A DNA stretch of 64,000 bases, taken from the NCBI GenBank assembly GCA_951406725.2, contig OX597828.1, positions 31,682,001 through 31,746,000 on the forward strand, given 5' to 3'. A model generated the notes under the pieces. The model saw only the letters and a list, made by a program, of their open reading frames with translations, had not been told where the DNA came from and did not search any database. The stretch comes from Octopus vulgaris (Eukaryota). Both the position numbers and the translations under genes were made by a program. Shown here in pieces: positions 1 to 12,308 of the stretch (position 1 is its first letter; every line of letters begins with the position of its first letter).

Positions 1-1710
1 TATACACGCAGATAAATCATAATGCCGCGAGTTCGTCCATTCATCTCTATTCCTATCTATCCACCTATTCATCTATGTACATCTTTTCTTGATTTTTTTT
101 TGTCCCTATTGCCTTGTTTAAATCGTGACTGGAATTATTATGCATTTATTAAAATCCTCACAATCAATAGCGGCAATTAAACTGAATGTTGCTCAGTCTA
201 CTATGTAGTATATACAAAAAATATCGCGTGTCTGGCGACAATGTCTTGTCCATCTTTTATTTATTCGACAAAAAATGTATTACTGAAAATAACGGTGCCT
301 CCTAACAAAGACAATATCACTATTTGTACCATAGAATTGACAACAAACTCATGAATAAAAGTGAAGAGAATATTCCACCAAACTTTCTATAACAAATGTC
401 ATTCAACGAAGTATATAAGGCCAATTATCCCATGCCAGTGGTAGGAAATTATTGCTATAATTACCTCCAGACTGTCTTAAAAACGATTGCAGTAACATCG
501 TCATTTACATCTGTTTAAATTTTAATTCGCTGTTAATGTATAATGACTAATAACACTAAATCTAGCATTTGTGATAATGCTCGTTATGAAGGAAGAAATG
601 CTTCAAGATGTTATGAGGCATTGATATCCCTTCCAATATAACAGGTCTAAATCCAGTAAGAATTACGTTTAGATAGAACAATCGCAGCTTCAGTGGAAAC
701 GAAAGAAAGTATGCTTTCTTTTAGTAAATATGACATCAGTGAAAACATCATTCCCATCTCGGGGAAAATTAATATTGTATGATTATTCAGTGATCGCAAA
801 TTTACTGCTAAATTTAATTAAAACACATCCTCTGAGCTTAAAGAAATAAGTATAAATGAAATAATGTAAAAACTGATATAGAAAAGTTTTGGTATATTAC
901 AGTTGGGAGGTATCTAAACATGGTTTGATTTCTCGGAAGTAAGCGGGAGCCAAACAACTCTATATCAGTCTCGACCAGAAAAAAGAGATTTGGAAGCTTA
1001 ACCAAAGTTTATATTCTTCACTCAACGTGTCTACTTTCCAACGCCTAATGCTTGTTTGTTTTTATACAAACATATTTCAGCAAAAATCGGTATTGATCAC
1101 CTAAATTGTTCTGCTTATGTTGAGGTTACACGTCCAAGAGCATATATCTAAATGTGAAGTGTACTTCTTTTCAGATGATTTACCCTATTTTGGCTTCGCC
1201 CAATCATCAGAGAGCCAATTATGGTGTCGGCTTGATATAGTTAGTTACATATTCATCAAAAGCTATTACATTTTCTATGATCTTGGCGTTTTCAATCTTG
1301 GTAAAATATTTGTTAATAGAGTGTTCATATGTCTTCATGGTATCGGGATGAAAGTGATACACTAATAATTGTATTACCGATGTTAGTACAATTGCTGGTA
1401 TCTGTTTGCTTGATAGTCATTTGTTTCGCAACACTTTCAAATATTGTATTTCATGAATCTTTTGTTTCTGCCACATCCAGTAATGATACTGTTCATTTAA
1501 TACTTCTCATATACCTCCAACTGAGACAAGTAATTTTCTCGCACCATTTTAATTCTGTATTTCATCTTTTATTATTCTTTTGTTAATTTGAAAGTTTGCC
1601 GATATTATATTAGGAAATATTTCCAATAATTAAAATTCTGGATATAATAAACTACGCAGAATATATAAATGCATAACATAAATACTTTCGTGAAATATAT
1701 GCAGGCACAC

Positions 1711-1741
<31 letters not shown>

Positions 1742-1918
1742 TGTATGTATGTATGTATGTATGTATGTATGTATGTATGTATGTATGCATGTATGTATGT
1801 ATGTATGCATGTATGTATGTACGTACGTATATATTAACATATATATACATAGATACGATAGAATCAATTATGAAGTGCTCAAAGGCACCCAACCACATAT
1901 ATATCACATGTATACAGT

Positions 1919-1965
<47 letters not shown>

Positions 1966-2121
1966 TGGACTGAGAAAGAAATAGAGAGAAAAAGAACATA
2001 GAAATATATATTTATGCAGCAGAAAACCAGGCAAACCATATATATCCTGTTGGCAGTATATGTATACATCTGTGTTTGTGTGTATATATATATATATATA
2101 TATAGATAGATAAATAGATAT

Positions 2122-2192
<71 letters not shown>

Positions 2193-2245
2193 CATAGATA
2201 TATATACAAATATACATATATACATACATACACACATGTATGTAT
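1711..2245. repeat. Compound microsatellites (ATGT)n, (AG)n, (TA)n, (GATA)n
   Basis: Direct observation. Confidence 0.95.
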
Positions 2246-2848
2246 ACAATTTTGCGCACATATTAATAATGTACAGAAAATTGTGTGTATATATATTATG
2301 TGTGTGGTATATATGAGTGTGAATCTATATGTTAAACAGACACGTCAGTAAAATTTCTTCATATCACTTACTGGAAATCTATGGCAAGTGTTCGAGAGTT
2401 GTACAGAGGCGTCATGCCTAAATGGTAAAGACAATTGGAAACGCTCCCAATATTCACAAAAACTATTATTCATAAAACACAGAGAGGTTCAAAATGCTCA
2501 AGACCTATTTTATTGCTTGTATAATTTTGTCGCATATTTCTTTTTAAATAACTATACTTCCCCAAAAATGTGTATAATCACACACAAGTAGTTATCAATG
2601 AAACACACGTCTCAACATATTTTTTTTCTTCACAGCAAGAGAATACAGTTCACATGATATATCTTTGCAATAATCCGCGTTTTCGACTATGCTACATTCG
2701 TCGTGATGAATAGAATAAACATTTATTAATGTCCGTTGTATATGTAGAAATATAGGTTTACATAATAAATATAACTCGCCTATTGATTTCTAATACATAT
2801 TATATTTCATTAAAGTTAAAGGTCCGTACTATCACTGACGTTGGCTTC

Positions 2849-2850
<2 letters not shown>

Positions 2851-2892
<42 letters not shown>

Positions 2893-2921
2893 TATATATA
2901 CATATATACATATATGCATAC

Positions 2922-3008
<87 letters not shown>
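2851..3008. repeat. (TA)n(TG)n microsatellite
   Basis: Direct observation. Confidence 0.95.
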
Positions 3009-3009
<1 letters not shown>

Positions 3010-3530
3010 ATTCAGCCCAAAATATACTTTAACATAAATTTCAGACAGTTTTATGGACTAAATCCTTTGCTGCTGCACAGTATATTCTGGAATTGATTTT
3101 TGTTCATGTTTAATGAATTTTCATAGATCTTCTTAACAAATGCATTCCTATATTTCTAGAACATAGTTGCATTACGCATGAATGAAGTGTAGACGTGAAC
3201 TTGTTTGTTGTGCTATTGAAGTAATCTATATTTATACTTAAGAAAATATGAGTTTACTACAATCAAACCCACGCACATGTGTATGTGCTTATATATGCAT
3301 GTGTATATGTATACATGCACACATATATACATATATGTATGTATAGATATAAACATTATTTGTATACATATATGTATGTATAGATATAAACATTATTTGT
3401 ATACATATATGTATATATATATAGGTGTGTGTTGTGTGTGTTTGTCTATATACGTATATGCTTATATGCATGAATATATATGTGTGTATAAATACACATT
3501 ATGTGTATATATATATATTCTTTTATATAT

Positions 3531-3700
3531 CTCAGTCATTTGACGGCGGCCATTCTGGAGCACCACCTTTAATCGAGCAAATCGCCCACAGAATATATTC
3601 TTTCTAAGCCTAGTACTTATTGTATCAGTATCATTTGCCGAAATGCTAAGTTACAAGAAGTAAACGCACCACAATCGGTTGCCAAGCGATGGTGGGGAGA
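3531..3700 (-). mobile_element. SINE family B, 3' half
   Basis: cagtcatttgacggcggccattctggagcaccacc matches the family B tail. Confidence 0.75.
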
Positions 3701-3929
3701 CTATATATTATTTATATATATATATATATCACTCTGTGTGTGTGTGTGTGTGACCTACTTATAATCATTTAAATTTTCCTTTGAAGGAAGAACTGATTTC
3801 TAACAAATATACAACGCTCCATGTTTTGAATGTAGATAACCAAGACGATGTCGCATTTTTTAAACCTTAGAAACGTTTTGCATAATTTTACTGCTTTTTT
3901 GTTTCTCACTTTTGAAATTATCCATAGAA

Positions 3930-5170
3930 AGAATTGTGACAGTCCTTTAAGACATACATCTTCACAAACACGAAATAGTTTAGCAGATTGTGTTTGTAAT
4001 GTCCGAATCAGTTGCTTGATATCTTTTATCTGAAAATGCAAGCCCCTCCACCCTGACTGATAGGCATTTACTTATAAATCAGAGTACTCCATTTTGTATT
4101 GGTATAAATGTAAACTTCTAATGCAGATATAGAAGCTGGCGTTTCGAATCAGTTGTCCAAAGTTATCTTCTTGCCTTTGATTTTCTAAGTGATATCGACA
4201 TCAGTAGTGCATCCGACCTCTATGACGGCATCCTTTTTCCTGTCTGTCCCAAACAACAATAAACGATCAGTTATTGTTATACTTGGCAGATATTTTTATG
4301 GGAATGAACCACCCGTATTTCTTGTGCTGATATTTATGAACGTATTCAAAGACAGGAACAATCCTCTATATTTATTCCAGGACAATCTTTTTTTATTCCT
4401 GAATGGCATTGTATATTTTGTTGTGACAACGTATTATCGCATAGGGAGGTAGTGCCTTGATGCTGCTAATCACATGTGTTATGTCTTCCACGGAAATATG
4501 AAAGGATCCACGTTTACAGTTTCATCTTGGAACTCTAAGGACTGTACTGTCTCATTTGTCGATTAGGTATTTAGTATCTCATCTCGAATAGTTGGATTGC
4601 AAATGCATAGCTTTGGGAGTGGGATGCGACCTAAGAGTAACAAGTTCAAAAGAGACTTCGCTTCACATCGATCTTAGAATCTTCTTCAAGTTCTGAGCAA
4701 ACATTACCAAGCATGGTCTTTCTTTGGTATGCCGAGCGTTTCACCTCCTGGTCTTATTTGGGACATGCTGGTCCGGCTGACTAAGAATAGTATAGGAGGA
4801 GGTCATTGGAAGAGAGTACTTCCAACACGAGGAGCTCTCTTCCAACACGTAGGAAATTGTTTTCTTCACTTTCCAGCACCAATTTAACGTATTTAATTTT
4901 GGTACTGTTGCATAGCAACTGCTAACCGAGAAAGGTTATGCGACAATCGAAGCCTGCTGCACTGAACACAAGCATCTACCTATTTTATCTTTCCTATGGT
5001 AGAGCCCGTGGATATCATTATTTCTGTGGAGATTTCCAGTTGATGTTAGAATATTTAGGGTTTTAATATCTATAGAATGTATTTTTTCTACAGGGCTATC
5101 GGGTATCCCAAATGTTGGAATCAGCACTGACACTGAAATTGTATTGTTGTAAGAGGAGAGTCTAGAAGCG
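3930..5170 (-). mobile_element. Highly decayed RLE-type non-LTR retrotransposon (R4/Dong-like), 3' part
   Basis: Minus-strand fragments occur in the expected order. RT thumb: VLIPTFGI...IDIKTLNILTSTGNLHRNNDIHGLY...GRCL (ORF 4936-5133, parallels the 12445-13755 ORF). Then SYAFAIQ, the zinc-knuckle remnant VEDITHVISS, and the RLE remnants IVVWDRQEK, VIEVGC, EDNFGQLIRN and KFTFIPI. Many stops and frameshifts. Confidence 0.7.
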
Positions 5171-6450
5171 TGTATATATGTATAGGCGAATAATTATTAG
5201 AAATACAGATTGCGAGGCACTAATGTTTCTGTGCTGAAGTATATAACTTATGAAATTAACAAATGAATTACTGGTACTATTTTTTCTTTACAATTTCCAC
5301 CTTTAACAATTGTTCTCACTCTGAGAATGCAATACTTATTCTGCTACCACCATCTATATGTGCGTCGTCTTCGATTTAAGTTCTGACGATTTATGTTGAT
5401 GTGTTTCATGTTATAAACTGTCCGCAATTGCTTCCTTGGAAGATTGCTCTATTTCCAAATAACTCTAAGTTTCCACAACAGTTATTCCACAACGGCATTT
5501 CAACGCTTTCTCATTATTTTCATGAAATAGATTCACACAGTGAGGCAAACGGCACACACGCATATTCACACACGCGCGCGCTCGTAGTCATACAAGTATG
5601 TATCTGTGCCTTATTGAACCGGGAGGAACATACCGTTGTAGTTTGCACTACTTGGTACATAACACATAATTATATATCAGAATTTGAAATCAATAGCAAT
5701 TTAAATGCATTTTATTGCATTCGTTTCAGTTGTACTTAAAGATTTTCACAGAACATATTATCTATCAGTTATTGCATGTTTCGGAAAAACCTCTAAATTC
5801 AATTAAAAGGTCCGTATATATTTCAAGTCTGCATACGGTGAGATTGTATAAGAGACCGACACTTACGTAATATACTCTATATAATGATAGCGAAAGATAA
5901 TATACTTAAATGTGAGATTTTGGAGGAATAGAAATCTAAAACGAATGCTACCTCGTCTACAGATACGCACATTTATTAGGGCAACATGTGGACACTTTTC
6001 AAATTTGAAGAAATGTCGAAATGATTGCCTCCTTTAAATTAAGAATTGAGTGAGCAACATTGGGGATAAGCATTAACATTCATTTTGCTCTTCTAGAAAA
6101 TGCAATTAGATGAAATGTCGAAGAGGAGCGTGTGTTTTCTAAATTACTTCATGTTTTTGAAGCTGTACATATTTTATAGGACTGTGACAATACTTCGTAT
6201 GGATAATTTCGAAAATGAGAAACAAACAAAAGTGAGACTTACTTGCCTATAGACATACACGATTAAGGCTTTTAGCTGATGGATTATTAATGCATTAATT
6301 CGCAGTATTCAAATCTACCTATTCAAATGTAAAATTAATTTATACAGTAAATAAAAAGAAAGAAAAAATAAGGAGTGCATCAAAACAATGTGCATTTCCT
6401 ATTCATCTATAATAATTAACGGGCATGGTCTGTATATGTATATGTATATG

Positions 6451-6481
<31 letters not shown>

Positions 6482-7283
6482 ATACATATATATATCTAAA
6501 CATATATATATATATATATATACATGTTTATATCCATATATATATATATATATGTATATCCATATGTGCGTATAAAATATATGTATGCTTGTGTATATAT
6601 ACATGTATATATATATATAGAGAGAGAGAGACAGAGAAAGAGAGAGAGAGAGAAACAGAGAGAGATGTATATAAGTGTGTGTGTGTATGTCTGTATGTCT
6701 GTTTGTGTGTGTGCGCGTGTATACACATATAAACGGTTAGAGATACCATTTACTCAACCTAGTTGATAGTCTCTGCCAGCTATGTTTCGCTTTTCTATGC
6801 GAGAAACATTAATCTTTGTGAAAGCGAATGTCCCGAGGACAAAAAATGGATTTGTATGCTTCTAATAAATTTCAAAGCCATTCATTAGCTTTTGCTTCTT
6901 CTGCTTGCATATATTTAATCAGACGACATTAATGATTCTGGATAAAAATCCTAGTCATTTAAATAATATATTCATTAAATTAACATTCTATTTTCTTGCA
7001 ATCTAATAAAGCTGATTAGATTTCAGAATCTCATTATTATCTGTTGGGGGGGGGTGATATCATAGTTCGTTTCTCTCATATGATCTTAAAATCTGTTTCA
7101 TTGTTATATTTTAGCCCTTCAATGCTGAATACTGAAACGTTGGATTTGTTCTTCGAATCGAGATTACATGTAGAACAACCTAGATATTAGTATACCGTAT
7201 CGCACTTGCCAGTAATGTGATACAATCCTCTCTATATATGTAATTGCAAAAACGACTAACGAAGAAATCCTTTAAATTTTTTT

Positions 7284-7337
<54 letters not shown>

Positions 7338-7537
7338 TAATGATAAATATCAAAGTGAGTTATATACAGTAGCGGTAACACATTGTGACGTATTTTTGCC
7401 ATTTCTATATGGCTAACCCTTAAGGGGGTATGCTACTGTAGTTTTTAGCCCCAGGAGGACACACTCCTCCAGCTGGCCATAGACACACTTTCTGTGTCCT
7501 GTCAGTATTTGCAAAGGGAAGTCATCCTTCCCGTCTT

Positions 7538-7607
7538 CAACTTATGATACACACGGACTCGAGTTTCGATGTATTGACCTCTCGTCAGCGTGTGACAATC
7601 ATAGTTG
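7538..7607 (-). ncRNA. Type I hammerhead ribozyme, copy 1
   Basis: Minus strand reads caactatgat-tgt-CACACG-CTGACGA-GAGG-tcaata-CATC-GAAA-CTCGAG-TC^CGTGTG-t-atcataagttg. It has an intact CUGANGA/GAAA/GUC core, a 6-bp stem I with a bulged extension, stem II, and a palindromic stem III. Predicted cleavage is between 7556 and 7555. Confidence 0.92.
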
Positions 7608-7890
7608 TCGGCGAGAATTAGATTTCCTTCACAAATACTTATACTTTTTCCAGCGTCCACTGTCGCTGATATTGAAAAAGTGAAATCAAACAATGATAAA
7701 TATCAAAGTGAGTTATATACAGTAGCGGTAACACATTGTGACGTATTTTTGCCATTTCTATATGGCTAACCCTTAAGGGGGTATGCTACTGTAGTTTTTA
7801 GCCCCAGGAGGACACACTCCTCCAGCTGGCCATAGACACACTTTCTGTGTCCTGTCAGTATTTGCAAAGGGAAGTCATCCTTCCCGTCTT

Positions 7891-7960
7891 CAACTTATGA
7901 TACACACGGACTCGAGTTTCGATGTATTGACCTCTCGTCAGCGTGTGACAATCATAGTTG
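7891..7960 (-). ncRNA. Type I hammerhead ribozyme, copy 2
   Basis: Identical to copy 1. Confidence 0.92.
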
Positions 7961-8242
7961 TCGGCGAGAATTAGATTTCCTTCACAAATACTTATACTTT
8001 TTCCAGCGTCCACTGTCGCTGATATTGAAAAAGTGAAATCAAACAATGATAAATATCAAAGTGAGTTATATACAGTAGCGGTAACACATTGTGACGTATT
8101 TTTGCCATTTCTATATGGCTAACCCTTAAGGGGGATGCTACTGTAGTTTTTAGCCCCAGGAGGACACACTCCTCCAGCTGGCCATAGACACACTTTCTGT
8201 GTCCTGTCAGTATTTGCAAAGGGAAGTCATCCTTCCCGTCTT

Positions 8243-8312
8243 CAACTTATGATATACACGGACTCGAGTTTCGATGTATTGACCTCTCGTCAGCGTGTGA
8301 CAATCATAGTTG
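8243..8312 (-). ncRNA. Type I hammerhead ribozyme, copy 3
   Basis: As copy 1, except C>T at 8255 removes the outer pair of proximal stem I. Confidence 0.9.
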
Positions 8313-8594
8313 TCGGCGAGAATTAGATTTCCTTCACAAATACTTATACTTTTTCCAGCGTCCACTGTCGCTGATATTGAAAAAGTGAAATCAAACAATG
8401 ATAAATATCAAAGTGAGTTATATACAGTAGCGGTAACACATTGTGACGTATTTTTGCCATTTCTATATGGCTAACCCTTAAGGGGGATGCTACTGTAGTT
8501 TTTAGCCCCAGGAGGACACACTCCTCCAGCTGGCCATAGACACACTTTCTGTGTCCTGTCAGTATTTGCAAAGGGAAGTCATCCTTCCCGTCTT

Positions 8595-8664
8595 CAACTT
8601 ATGATATACACGGACTCGAGTTTCGATGTATTGACCTCTCGTCAGCGTGTGACAATCATAGTTG
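8595..8664 (-). ncRNA. Type I hammerhead ribozyme, copy 4
   Basis: As copy 3, with the same variant at 8607. Confidence 0.9.
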
Positions 8665-8946
8665 TCGGCGAGAATTAGATTTCCTTCACAAATACTTATA
8701 CTTTTTCCAGCGTCCACTGTCGCTGATATTGAAAAAGTGAAATCAAACAATGATAAATATCAAAGTGAGTTATATACAGTAGCGGTAACACATTGTGACG
8801 TATTTTTGCCATTTCTATATGGCTAACCCTTAAGGGGGATGCTACTGTAGTTTTTAGCCCCAGGAGGACACACTCCTCCAGCTGGCCATAGACACACTTT
8901 CTGTGTCCTGTCAGTATTTGCAAAGGGAAGTCATCCTTCCCGTCTT

Positions 8947-9016
8947 CAACTTATGATACACACGGACTCGAGTTTCGATGTATTGACCTCTCGTCAGCGT
9001 GTGACAATCATAGTTG
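8947..9016 (-). ncRNA. Type I hammerhead ribozyme, copy 5
   Basis: Identical to copy 1. Confidence 0.92.
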
Positions 9017-9299
9017 TCGGCGAGAATTAGATTTCCTTCACAAATACTTATACTTTTTCCAGCGTCCACTGTCGCTGATATTGAAAAAGTGAAATCAAAC
9101 AATGATAAATATCAAAGTGAGTTATATACAGTAGCGGTAACACATTGTGACGTATTTTTGCCATTTCTATATGGCTAACCCTTAAGGGGGGATGCTACTG
9201 TAGTTTTTAGCCCCAGGAGGACACACTCCTCCAGCTGGCCATAGACACACTTTCTGTGTCCTGTCAGTATTTGCAAAGGGAAGTCATCCTTCCCGTCTT

Positions 9300-9369
9300 C
9301 AACTTATGATACACACGGACTCGAGTTTCGATGTATTGACCTCTCGTCAGCGTGTGACAATCATAGTTG
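9300..9369 (-). ncRNA. Type I hammerhead ribozyme, copy 6
   Basis: Identical to copy 1. Confidence 0.92.
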
Positions 9370-9651
9370 TCGGCGAGAATTAGATTTCCTTCACAAATAC
9401 TTATACTTTTTCCAGCGTCCACTGTCGCTGATATTGAAAAAGTGAAATCAAACAATGATAAATATCAAAGTGAGTTATATACAGTAGCGGTAACACATTG
9501 TGACGTATTTTTGCCATTTCTATATGGCTAACCCTTAAGGGGGATGCTACTGTAGTTTTTAGCCCCAGGAGGACACACTCCTCCAGCTGGCCATAGACAC
9601 ACTTTCTGTGTCCTGTCAGTATATGCAAAGGGAAGTCATCCTTCCCGTCTT

Positions 9652-9721
9652 CAACTTATGATACACACGGACTCGAGTTTCGATGTATTGACCTCTCGTC
9701 AGCGTGTGACAATCATAGTTG
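9652..9721 (-). ncRNA. Type I hammerhead ribozyme, copy 7
   Basis: Identical to copy 1. Confidence 0.92.
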
Positions 9722-9759
9722 TCGGCGAGAATTAGATTTCCTTCACAAATACTTATACT

Positions 9760-10041
<282 letters not shown>

Positions 10042-10050
10042 CAATCCAGT

Positions 10051-10383
10051 GTGTGAGGGCGCGTGGCTTAGTGGTTAGGGCATTCGGCTCATGATCGTAA
10101 GGTTGTGAGTTCGATTCCCGGCGACGCGTTGTGTCCTTGAGCAAGACACTTTATTTCACGTTGCTCCAGTCCACTCAGCTGGCAAAAATGAGTTGTACTT
10201 GTATTTCAAAGGGTCAGCCTTGTCACTCTCTGTGTCACGCTGATTATCCCCGAGAACTACGTTAAGGGTACACGTGTCTGTGGAATGCTCAGCCATTTAC
10301 ACGTTAATTTCACGAGCAAGCTGTTCCGTTGATCGTATCAGCTAGGACCCTCGTCGTCGTAACCGGCGGAGTCTTTTAAAAAA
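10051..10383 (+). mobile_element. tRNA-derived SINE (family A), full length with TSD
   Basis: A box TGGCTTAGTGG, B box GAGTTCGATTCCC, CORE-like tgtgtccttgagcaagacac. 11-bp TSD agcaatccagt at 10040-10050 and 10384-10394. Confidence 0.9.
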
Positions 10384-10664
10384 AGCAATCCAGTATATAA
10401 GAAGAGACACGAGATATTGTTCAAATTACTCAAATTCTGCATTAATATCGTTAGAATATAATTTGCTTAATGTATTCAAATATATTTATAAAATGAATGT
10501 AATTCTCCCAGGTAGCATGTCAGCTGAAATGGCTCAAGACCGTAGCTAAGCTAGAATACAAACAACAGCATCACTAACAATACAGGTAGTTAACCAATCC
10601 GTTGCGCATTGACTTACAACATATAAATTAAATTTCCCTAAAAGAACAAGTTGCACGTGAATAA

Positions 10665-10915
10665 TTAAGGAGTGGTTGTGTGTTAAGTGGCTTGCTTACC
10701 AGCCACATGGTTCCATGTTCAATATATACGTGTATGTGTGTATATGTGTTTGTCCCCCACCATCGCTTGACAACCGATGCTTAATGAGTTGGCCAAAGAG
10801 ACCGATAGAATATGTACTAAGCTTACAAAGTAGGAAGTCCTGGGGTCGATTTGTTCGACTAAATGCGGTGCTCCAGCATGGCCGCAATCAAATGACCGAA
10901 ACAAATTAAAGAAGA
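10665..10915 (+). mobile_element. SINE family B, internally deleted
   Basis: Head and tail match 48234-48640. Confidence 0.8.
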
Positions 10916-11509
10916 AAAGAAATGTACGACGCATTAGATAACAATAATTTGTATGCATTTCCTGATTATAACAATAAATGTTCATAACTGGAGATTATTT
11001 TCACAATTGCTGACCTGAAATTATCAAAACATTTTCACCGATTACTCAAATTTAAGAAATATGGTGAATTGTGGATTGTAATACATTATTTAAAAAGAGT
11101 GAGAAAATGAGTGCATGTATTCGCACAGTTCGTCAGGTTATATACGATGAGATGAAATTTAAATCAGCGGGTGTTATATTGCATTATCGTGCAGATCCTG
11201 TCATGTTCAAGTAAAACGTAAATTAAATTGGATAAAATATAAAATTTATTCTATAGCAAATATGTTGTATGCATGTCAGTATGTATGTATATATGTATGT
11301 AAGTATGTATGTATGTATTATGTATGTATAGATAAACAGATAGATCGAGAGAAAGCCAGAGAGACAGACAGATAAAGCGATAGATATAGATATACGGCTA
11401 TTTGTATATTTGTATCTTTCTCTTTCACTCTATTTATCGCTTTATATATGTATATTATATAAATATTATCTCTCTCTGTATGCACGTTTTTATGTATGTA
11501 AATGTTGTT

Positions 11510-11556
11510 AACACTACGTTTCGGCTGATATACCCTCCAGTCTTCATCAGGTGTGT
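11510..11556 (-). ncRNA. Minimal PLE-type hammerhead ribozyme motif
   Basis: Minus strand reads ACAC-CTGATGA-a-GACTGG-agggtata-TCAGCC-GAAAC-GTA^GTGT. Core is intact, stem I is 4 bp, stem II has one mismatch, and stem III is the ACGT palindrome. Confidence 0.6.
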
Positions 11557-11602
11557 TGGGGAAATTTTGAACCCGGGTTCTCATTCCTAAGGTAGTTTTC
11601 GA

Positions 11603-11603
<1 letters not shown>

Positions 11604-11675
<72 letters not shown>
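11604..11675. repeat. (TTA)n microsatellite
   Basis: Direct observation. Confidence 0.95.
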
Positions 11676-12220
11676 GAGTGAGAGAGCAGTGCATGCCATC
11701 AAAGTGACGCTGGGGTAAAATATACGAAGCCCAGTATACCCATCATAACTACCCGTCTCATAAGAGTACACTAGGTACATCATCACAACCATATGTGCGC
11801 GACATGGTGATCTAATATCAATATAAACAGCACGTGACCTTGCAGGTGAGGCCCAATGAGAATTTTCTTCTAGTAGAATAACTCATCCCGCTCAAAAGGT
11901 CCCTGAGTAAGGGTGGTTTAAGGATGTTGAACGACCTACCCATGTCTCCAGAGGTTAATTTTTCAAACCCCAAAGAAATCCCTCTCAACACATGGCTATG
12001 ATGTTCCCCACTACTTCTGCACGTGATCAGATATGCACATATCATCAGCCACTAAGGGACATGCTTAACTGGTTAAGGTCAAACGAATGACAATCAAATC
12101 TGTGGTATTGAGCAGAATATTTGCTGTAGCCCATCTTTTATACCAAGACTAAACAATGTACATGATAACACTTCCAATCAGTTTAGGTCAGAAGCCATGA
12201 GAGCCACTGCCTGGTACTGC
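11676..12220. mobile_element. 545-bp non-coding insert between two (TTA)n tracts (probable non-autonomous element or 3' UTR of a TAA-targeting LINE)
   Basis: Complex, higher-GC sequence with sharp junctions to (TTA)n at 11675 and 12221. No credible ORF. Confidence 0.55.
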
Positions 12221-12246
12221 ATTATTATTAATATTATTGTTATTAA

Positions 12247-12307
<61 letters not shown>
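12221..12307. repeat. (TTA)n microsatellite
   Basis: Direct observation. Confidence 0.95.

Positions 12308-12308
<1 letters not shown>

Larger units (their letters stand above)
7339..9759 (-). repeat. Tandem array of ~6.9 copies of a 352-353 bp unit, each with a hammerhead ribozyme (retrozyme / PLE-derived)
   Basis: The same unit recurs at offsets 353,352,352,352,353,352, also visible as identical ORFs at 7502, 7855, 8207, 8559, 8911 and 9264. Units differ only in a G-run length and two substitutions. (TA)n lies on the left and an inverted arm on the right. Confidence 0.95.

Noticed and set aside
950-1600. Possible decayed APE endonuclease on minus strand (LLDVAETK, NTIISV)
   Set aside because: Motifs are too degenerate to support by eye and need a profile search.
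7502-9628. Repeated 63-aa and 75-aa ORFs in the tandem array
   Set aside because: They are short, have no recognisable domain, and the 75-aa frame is broken by G-run indels in some units. The ribozyme cleavage site falls inside the 63-aa ORF. RNA structure explains the unit better.
7339-9759. CRISPR-like or rDNA/snRNA gene array interpretation
   Set aside because: Units are identical throughout with no unique spacers, the context is eukaryotic, and I recognised no 5S, tRNA or snRNA similarity.
10058-10125. tRNA gene
   Set aside because: A and B boxes belong to a SINE head. The sequence continues into a repeated body with a TSD, and no full cloverleaf is evident.
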